DNA from: Gemmatimonadota bacterium
GTDB taxonomy: Bacteria; Gemmatimonadota; Gemmatimonadetes; Longimicrobiales; RSA9
Length of the DNA stretch: 12,394 nt
Direction of reading: 5' to 3'
NCBI GenBank assembly: GCA_016209965.1
Contig: JACQVE010000062.1
Coordinates: 1-12,394, forward strand
Shown here: one piece after another, positions 7,389 through 12,394 of the stretch
How positions within the stretch are numbered: position 1 is the first letter of the stretch
Layout of the letters: each line of letters starts with the position of its first letter
Notes under the pieces: model-generated
Seen by the model: the letters and a program-made list of their open reading frames with translations, nothing else
Databases searched by the model: none
Told to the model about the DNA's origin: nothing
Made by a program: the position numbers and the translations under genes

Positions 7389-7721
7389 ATGAAGTACCTC
7401 GTCACCATGGACTTCGTGGACCCGGGTCCGCTCCTGCCGCTGCAGGGGTTCGCCGACATGCTGGACCAGTTGGTGATTCCCGGGCTGGAGGCGTGCGCGC
7501 GGCTCGAGGCGGAAGGGAAGATCGCGGGCGGCCTACTGGCCGGCGCCCGCGCGCTCGCGTTCCTTGCCGAGGCCGGCTCCAACGAGGAGCTGGACGCGTT
7601 GCTGCACGGCCTGCCATTCTGGGGCGTGCTGCGCACGACAACCACGCCGCTCCAGAGCTTCGCCAACCGGGCCAGTCAGGATCGGCGCGCCCGGGACCAG
7701 CTTCGAGCCATGGCTCGCTGA
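7389..7721 (+). CDS. Small protein (110 aa) of the muconolactone delta-isomerase-like (MIase / dimeric alpha+beta barrel) family
   Basis: ATG at 7389 is preceded by SD GGAGGTGG with a 5-nt spacer, and the stop TGA is at 7719-7721. 'MKYLVTMDFVDP...' and 'GSNEELDALLHGLPFWGVLRTTTTPL' align with the MIase patterns 'MLFHVKMTVKLP' and 'SVEALHDTLMQLPLFPYMDIEV', from memory. The ORF track's upstream extension to 6561 is rejected because it overlaps the regulator gene. Confidence 0.55.
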   Translation: MKYLVTMDFVDPGPLLPLQGFADMLDQLVIPGLEACARLEAEGKIAGGLLAGARALAFLAEAGSNEELDALLHGLPFWGVLRTTTTPLQSFANRASQDRRARDQLRAMAR

Positions 7722-7817
7722 GCGGCGGCTCGCTCGGGGACCGGGGGCCCAACCCGAGATGTGCCCCGACGGCCTCGGCTAGCGGCCAGGTCCCCGCGCC
7801 GTTCCCGCGCAGCTGGT

Positions 7818-7836
7818 GCTCACCGTACTTGTGAGC
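7818..7836 (-). terminator. Weak candidate terminator hairpin (GCTCAC - cgtactt - GTGAGC) 8 nt downstream of the flotillin stop. It has no U-tract
   Basis: Read directly: a 6-bp stem at 7818-7823 and 7831-7836 with a 7-nt loop. It sits in the convergent intergenic region 7722-7843. Confidence 0.2.
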
Positions 7837-7843
7837 TCGACCA

Positions 7844-9130
7844 CTAGCTTCGCGGGGTCGGGACCACCTCGAGGGCCGGCGCCGCCGTGGTGACCTGGCG
7901 CGCGGCCGCCTCGATCAGCTTCTGCACGTCCAGTCCCAGGACGGAGGACATGGCCTCGATGACGCGCAGCGCGGCGTGCACGCGTTGATTGGCGGCGGCG
8001 GCGACGGCGTCGCCCCGGCCACCGTCCAGTACCACGACGCGGTCGATCTCGATGCCTTTGACCGCTTCCACCGCTACGCCCAGCAGTGCTGGCAGCTTCT
8101 CGGCGAGAAAGACGGCTACTGCCTGATCGCCCGCCGCTCGGATCTGCTCAGCGAGCATCTGCAGCACCTGGGCCTGCGCTCTGCCGTTCTCCAGGATGGA
8201 GGCCGCGGCGCCCCGCGCCGCCGCCTCCGCGGCGGCCTGCTCCGCCTGGGCCGGGATCACCGTCTCCGCCTGAAGCCGCAACTTGTCGCGTTCAATGTGC
8301 TGCTGCTCGAGCGCCCGCTGCCGCTCGACTTCCGCGATCTCGACGTTCACCTTGGCCAGCCGCTCGGCCGCCTCACCCTCCTGGTTGAGCTGCGCCTGCC
8401 GGACGCGCGTCTGCGTCCACTCTTCGGCAACCTGCTTCTCGTTGCGCGCCTTGGCCACCTCTTGCTGGCGACGGTTGTCCGATTCCGCGATCTCCGCCTG
8501 CCGGATGACCTCCGCGGTCATGCGCCGGCCGACCGCGGCCAGGTAGCCCACGTCATCGGAGACGTTCTGGATCTTCAAGGTGTCGAGCTGCAGCCCCAGC
8601 TTGTGCAGGTCCTGATCGGCTTCCTGCGTCAGCTCTGCGGCAAAGCGCAGGCGGTCCTCATTGACCTCCTCCGGCGTAAGGGTGGCCAGCACACCGCGCA
8701 GGTTGGCGGAAAGCGTCTCCTTGGCCAACCCCTCGATCTGCGCCGGCGTCTTCCCCAACAAGCGCTCGACGGCGTTGTGAAACGACGCCTCGGGTTCGGA
8801 GGCGATCTTCACATTGGCCACTGCTTGCACGGTCAGCGGGATGCCACCCTTGGAAAAAGCGTTGTGCACCGAAAGCTCGATGGGAATGGTAGCCAGCGAC
8901 ATATGCTTGACTTCTTCGATAATGGGCACGCGCAGTGTGCGGCCCCCGCTCACCACCCGATAGCCGATCCTGCGCCCACTGCTCAGCGCGCGGCCCCGGC
9001 CGGTAATCACCGCGGCCGCGTTCGGCGGCACAATGACCGTCAGTCTGCGGATGGTGCTGATGAGCACCACAGTGGCGAACAAGACCATCCCGCCGATGAC
9101 CACTCCGGAAAACGGATCTAGGTTGAACAT
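7844..9130 (-). CDS. Flotillin-family SPFH/Band-7 protein (428 aa), FloT/YuaG-like
   Basis: ATG at 9130-9128 is preceded by SD AGGAGA (rc of ~9138-9143), and the stop TAG is at 7846-7844. There is an N-terminal TM helix (VVIGGMVLFATVVLISTI). The SPFH core has 'IPIELSVHNAFSKGGIPLTVQAVANVKI'. A long Glu/Ala/Gln-rich coiled-coil region ('AEQAAAEAAARGAAASILENGRAQAQV') is typical of flotillins. It sits 36 nt downstream of an NfeD-like gene, the classic operon arrangement. Confidence 0.85.
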   Translation of the reverse strand: MFNLDPFSGVVIGGMVLFATVVLISTIRRLTVIVPPNAAAVITGRGRALSSGRRIGYRVVSGGRTLRVPIIEEVKHMSLATIPIELSVHNAFSKGGIPLTVQAVANVKIASEPEASFHNAVERLLGKTPAQIEGLAKETLSANLRGVLATLTPEEVNEDRLRFAAELTQEADQDLHKLGLQLDTLKIQNVSDDVGYLAAVGRRMTAEVIRQAEIAESDNRRQQEVAKARNEKQVAEEWTQTRVRQAQLNQEGEAAERLAKVNVEIAEVERQRALEQQHIERDKLRLQAETVIPAQAEQAAAEAAARGAAASILENGRAQAQVLQMLAEQIRAAGDQAVAVFLAEKLPALLGVAVEAVKGIEIDRVVVLDGGRGDAVAAAANQRVHAALRVIEAMSSVLGLDVQKLIEAAARQVTTAAPALEVVPTPRS

Positions 9131-9166
9131 GGAGGTTCTCCTGTCAGCGCCCTGCCGGTCAAAAGC

Positions 9167-9712
9167 TCAATGGGCGGGTGTCAGTTCGCTCAGCGGAGCC
9201 ACCAGCGCGGTTCCGCCCTGGATGTCCATGATGACGACGGACCTCCACTGCTGCAGCTCCGGGGCGTCCGCATCATACGGCCTGGCCAGCAGCTCGACGG
9301 TGCGCTCCGCGCGCTGAACCAGGATCTTGCCCGGCATACGAGGCGACAGCGGCACCGTAACCGTGGCATGCAGGCCAATGAATTCCTGGTCACCAGCCGG
9401 CTCTCCCGATTCCGTGGCCCGCAGGTAACGGAACACGGTTGCGCTGATTCCGGCCACGAGTACGCCGGCGAGCGCCGCCAATGCCAGAACAGCGGGCAGC
9501 GCGCGCCCGCCCCACGCCCAGCTCAGCGTCGCGCCTACGCCACCGAAGGCGAACAGGAAATAGGTGACAGTGCGTAAGGAAAGCACCTCCATGCCACTGG
9601 CGTAGTGGTCAAACCAGTGCAGGTGGTGCTCGTGATCGCCCAGGTCGGCGAAAATGGAAAGCAGCAGCAGCCCGCCGCCTAGGACCAGGGCGAAGAGGAA
9701 CAGCTCGAGCAT
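9167..9712 (-). CDS. NfeD-family short-form membrane protein (181 aa; 3 TM helices plus a C-terminal OB-fold beta-barrel), the partner of flotillin
   Basis: ATG at 9712-9710 is preceded by SD GAGG (gtgaggccgctATG). There are three N-terminal hydrophobic helices. The C-terminus 'GLHATVTVPLSPRMPGKILVQRAERTVELLARPYDADAPELQQWRSVVIMDIQGGTALVAPL' fits the NfeD/YuaF OB-fold pattern (G.G.A.V...L.P.GKV.V.G.....A.......I..G..V.V..V.G..L.V). It lies immediately upstream of flotillin. Confidence 0.75.
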   Translation of the reverse strand: MLELFLFALVLGGGLLLLSIFADLGDHEHHLHWFDHYASGMEVLSLRTVTYFLFAFGGVGATLSWAWGGRALPAVLALAALAGVLVAGISATVFRYLRATESGEPAGDQEFIGLHATVTVPLSPRMPGKILVQRAERTVELLARPYDADAPELQQWRSVVIMDIQGGTALVAPLSELTPAH

Positions 9713-9992
9713 AGCGGCCTCACGCGCGGGACGGCGGACGAGACAGATTCGGTCACCCGGCAGGCCTGCCGAGGCTGGGTTGCAGAAGTGTCAGGAAGTA
9801 TGGGTTGCGGCCCGTGACGGCGTCAATGGTGCCCGTACCCGGCGACCTGAGCCCGGAGCCAGGCGACCCCGTGGCCGGGGGTTGGCTCTACAACTCAGGA
9901 CCGCGGGAGGCGGAGGACGTCGATGCCCCGTAAGAGCATCGCCGCGCCGGAAGTACGAATCCGGTCGGCATGGGCACGACCCGCCCTCGGCA

Positions 9993-10721
9993 TCACAGCC
10001 CGGGACACGTAATGGCCGCCTGCCCGAAGGAAATCGAAAAGATACAGTCGAGCGGCTGGACCTTCCCCCACGGCTGCAGCGGGTCACCGACGTTGACCTT
10101 GGGCCACTGCGCAAATCTGACCGGGATTCGCCCCTCCGTCTCAAGATGATTGTAGGCGTTGTCATTGTGGGCCGATGCGACGATTACGCTCGCGAACACA
10201 ACCTCGCTTTGCCCGGGCGACGTGAGGTGTACAGCGTAAGCGAAATGGCGGGATTCCAACTTGTAAACGACTAACGGCACCACGTGTTGGTGCGAGACAT
10301 ACAGGGCCGGTGCGCTGCCAGCCGGCCAGAACTTTGCCGCCGCTGGGTTGAGCTGTAGTTTCACGAGAGCCACTGCGCAGCGGCGCCCGGCGGCAAATAT
10401 GTCGCCCGCCATGGGAGTTTGCACGTGGGGCCAGGGTTGGACCACGGCCCACGGCTCGAGGGGCTTGTAGGGTGGGTCGGGCTCGTGAAACAGCACCAGG
10501 CCCTCCCAGTCTACCGTGTTGACCACGGTGCTGCAGGGCAAAGCCCAGCTCGAGGTCAGGTTAACGTCGACAATTTGCCAACTGTTCCCGGGTGCGTCCC
10601 CTGGCTGATTCGGGACCCCGATGTACTTCAAAGCGCAGCCGGATGCGCCAGTCAGCAGGGCAAGCAATGCGGCCAGGAAAGAGTATGGAGGCCGCTTGAC
10701 GAGGCATGCTACGCTTTTCAT
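9993..10721 (-). CDS. Secreted protein or probable lipoprotein (242 aa from ATG 10721; alternative GTG start at 10757 gives 254 aa) of unknown family, Trp/Pro-rich. GC content and codon usage are atypical for this window
   Basis: The signal peptide is 'MKSVACLVKRPPYSFLAALLALLTGASGC', with a lipobox-like ASGC. The stop TGA is at 9995-9993. A GGGGG SD-like run sits 8 nt upstream of ATG 10721. Codon third positions are frequently A/T (AAA, ATT, GTA, TTA, CTA, AGA, CGA, TGT, CAT, AAT), unlike neighbouring genes. It lies 9 nt (GTG start) to 45 nt (ATG start) downstream of the metalloprotease gene, which suggests an operon. Confidence 0.7.
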   Translation of the reverse strand: MKSVACLVKRPPYSFLAALLALLTGASGCALKYIGVPNQPGDAPGNSWQIVDVNLTSSWALPCSTVVNTVDWEGLVLFHEPDPPYKPLEPWAVVQPWPHVQTPMAGDIFAAGRRCAVALVKLQLNPAAAKFWPAGSAPALYVSHQHVVPLVVYKLESRHFAYAVHLTSPGQSEVVFASVIVASAHNDNAYNHLETEGRIPVRFAQWPKVNVGDPLQPWGKVQPLDCIFSISFGQAAITCPGL

Positions 10722-10766
10722 TGTGGGCCCCCAATGTCTGCGCCTTGGCCTCTTCACGGCAGCCCG

Positions 10767-12394
10767 TTAGCGAATTGTGGCCCGGCGCGCGGTCCCCTGC
10801 ACCCCGTCCGAGAAGACGAGCTCGAGCTCGCGCGCAGCCGTGCCGATTGTGACCGCGCCTTCCCGCGCAAAGCTGAGCACCAGTCCCGTGCGCGGATCCC
10901 GCACCATGACCATGGGGTAGGCGCCGCCATCCCAGCTCAGCTCGACGACGTCGCCTGCCCGCCGCCTGAGTGAAGCCCGCGGGGGCGCCGGCGCCGGCCC
11001 CGCAGCCGCCGCCGCGAAGGCGGCCGGAGAGGCGCGCGTGGCCTCCCCCTCCGGGCCGGACACGCGCAGCACGGCCAGCCGGTCCGGCTCCAGCAGGCGT
11101 GCCGGGATGGCGAACGCGAACGAGGCCGCAGGCTGCGGCCCGTCCACCAAGTCGGCCGGCCGGAACGCGAAGGAGAACAGCCGCGCGCCTCCCGCATCCA
11201 GGCCCTCGAGGGTGTAGGGGCCGGGCTCCCTGGGCAGCACTGGCCGGGTCAGCACCGGGAACGCGGGCTCGAGCACCAGCCGGCCGCGTGAGATGCCTCC
11301 CCAGACCAGCAGGGACAGCTCCGGCCCGGCCGCGGCGGCGGGGGGCGGCTCGAAATTGGTGGCGCGGTAATTCAGCACGCCCCTGTAAGTGTAATCGCTG
11401 ATCCAGGGATTGGCGCAGTAGCTCACGATGTCCGGCAATGACGGGCTTTTGAGGGCCGAAGCGGCCACGTCCAGGCCGTATACGCCAATGACGCCGTTCG
11501 CGTAGGGGTATTCGGGGTCCGGCCCGGCCGGGCTGCCGCAGGGGGAGTGCAGCCGGTTCCAGTTATGCGCCCACTCGTGCGCGGCGATCTGGCCGCGGCC
11601 GGTCAGCCCGGCGCTGCCGTCCGGCGTGTCCCAACCCCACGCCGCCGTCCCCGGGGAAATGGCGATGCCGGCGCCGGTGGAGCCGCTGAACGGCACTTTC
11701 ACCACGCCGTAGTAGTAGCGCGGCGAGTTGTCGGCGACGCGGAGCGCGTCCAGTTCCCGGAGCAGGATGCCCCAGCCGTCATTGGCGTCGTCCACCGTGA
11801 GCACCGCGTTCGTGCTGTATGCCGCCCGGATATCCGCGTCCACGCTGGGCAGCGGGTAGACCTTGCCCGTCAAGGAAGTGTAGTCCGCCTTGTTGGACTC
11901 GGTCACGTCTCCGGTCAGGTTGTTGCTGGCCGCGAGGCGCACGGGCACCAGCCGGAGCTGAAACGCGTTCGCCGTGCGCACGTCCAGCGCCTGCGCCGTG
12001 CCGGAAGCGGGAAAAGTGTTGTCCGTCTTGTCCGCCTCGAGCAGCGTCCGGTCCGGGTCGGCATCGGCCAGGATCGAGACGTTGGGCTGGATGAGCGAGC
12101 CCGGGATGGCCGTGTTCCAGGACGCCGTCAGCGGCTCCTCGTTCAAGGAGGTGGGCACGGAGGATCCGGGCGCCGCGATGGTCCGCGTATCTAGCAGGTT
12201 GCTCCCCTGATAGAAGCGCACGCGCACCACCGGCGTGGCGCTGTTGCTCTCGTTGGCCGTGACGAAGACCCGGAGATAGGCGTTCCGATCCTTCACCAGC
12301 GGCACGCTGCCCGACTGGGTCTGCGTGCTCTGGGTCAGATACAGCGCCTGGATCTTGAGATTGAGCGTGAGCGCCGTAGCGCTGAAGCTCACAG
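10767..12394 (-). CDS. Zinc metallopeptidase, metzincin/M66(StcE)-like, with active-site motif HEWAHNWNRLH. It is partial at its N-terminus, since the 5' end of the gene lies beyond the window end
   Basis: The ORF is open to the window edge at 12394, and the stop TAA is at 10769-10767. 'GQIAAHEWAHNWNRLHSPCG' is encoded at 11548-11580 on the minus strand and has an H-E-x-x-H-x5-H spacing like HExxHxxGxxH. It resembles M66 'HEVGHNYGLGH' from memory. The Gly-rich region upstream ('GVVKVPFSGSTGAGIAISPG') and the C-terminal beta-rich domain fit a secreted protease. Confidence 0.7.
   Translation of the reverse strand, partial: VSFSATALTLNLKIQALYLTQSTQTQSGSVPLVKDRNAYLRVFVTANESNSATPVVRVRFYQGSNLLDTRTIAAPGSSVPTSLNEEPLTASWNTAIPGSLIQPNVSILADADPDRTLLEADKTDNTFPASGTAQALDVRTANAFQLRLVPVRLAASNNLTGDVTESNKADYTSLTGKVYPLPSVDADIRAAYSTNAVLTVDDANDGWGILLRELDALRVADNSPRYYYGVVKVPFSGSTGAGIAISPGTAAWGWDTPDGSAGLTGRGQIAAHEWAHNWNRLHSPCGSPAGPDPEYPYANGVIGVYGLDVAASALKSPSLPDIVSYCANPWISDYTYRGVLNYRATNFEPPPAAAAGPELSLLVWGGISRGRLVLEPAFPVLTRPVLPREPGPYTLEGLDAGGARLFSFAFRPADLVDGPQPAASFAFAIPARLLEPDRLAVLRVSGPEGEATRASPAAFAAAAAGPAPAPPRASLRRRAGDVVELSWDGGAYPMVMVRDPRTGLVLSFAREGAVTIGTAARELELVFSDGVQGTARRATIR

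Noticed and set aside
7976-9121. Plus-strand ORF (381 aa) antisense to flotillin, and 10419..10973 (+) antisense to the lipoprotein/protease genes, and 11547..12194 (+)
   Set aside because: These are antisense frames of genes with clear family-level identity. The products are Arg/Leu/Gly-rich with no recognisable domains.
10722-10757. GTG start at 10757 for the lipoprotein (adding MKRPRRRHWGPT)
   Set aside because: It cannot be excluded, but the ATG at 10721 is preceded by a G-rich SD-like run and starts directly with a canonical signal peptide n-region. The extension would leave only 9 nt to the upstream stop.
1-12394. Search for CRISPR arrays, tRNA/rRNA genes, IS elements, integrases, and terminal inverted repeats flanking the low-GC gene
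   Set aside because: There are no regularly spaced repeats, no cloverleaf-like or rRNA-like conserved segments, and no transposase- or integrase-like ORFs. I found no direct or inverted repeats bracketing 9993..10757 by eye, although a computed repeat search would be more reliable.

Overview
This 12.4-kb window of high-GC (~70%) bacterial chromosomal DNA is densely coding, and I can support ten genes. I saw no rRNA, tRNA, CRISPR array, transposase or integrase. All family assignments come from remembered motifs; no searches were run. The ORF track's long antisense ORFs with Arg/Ala/Gly/Pro-rich translations are treated as GC-driven artefacts.

Plus strand, 1-3797:
- A 5'-partial six-hairpin glycoside hydrolase, resembling the amylo-alpha-1,6-glucosidase / glycogen-debranching (GDE_C) family, running to 2142.
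- An NhaC-family Na+/H+ antiporter (2151-3797) starting only 8 nt later.
- A perfect hairpin plus A7/T7 tract (3796-3826) that reads as a terminator, chiefly for the minus-strand gene ending at 3855.

Minus strand, 3855-7205:
- A self-contained 63-aa orphan gene with its own SD, a candidate promoter and that terminator.
- A 987-aa membrane-tethered one-component regulator. Its domain order is an OmpR/SARP-type winged helix, a BTAD, a Pro-rich linker, one TM helix, a TolB-N-like module and a TPR-rich region.

Divergent intergenic region and plus-strand gene:
- The regulator's translation start is overlapped by four GTTCAR-like direct repeats phased at 10-11 bp.
- Divergent to the regulator is a 110-aa muconolactone-isomerase-fold protein (7389-7721).

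Minus strand, 7844-12394:
- An nfeD-flotillin (SPFH) operon; the NfeD has an unusual His-rich loop.
- A lipoprotein gene with strikingly low GC and atypical codon usage.
- A 3'-partial secreted-type Zn-metalloprotease (partial at its N-terminus; the gene start lies beyond 12394) with an HEWAHNWNRLH motif, which is M66/metzincin-like with Gly->Asn.

The candidates I rate most worth follow-up are the tethered regulator with its phased repeats and the protease plus compositionally foreign lipoprotein pair.
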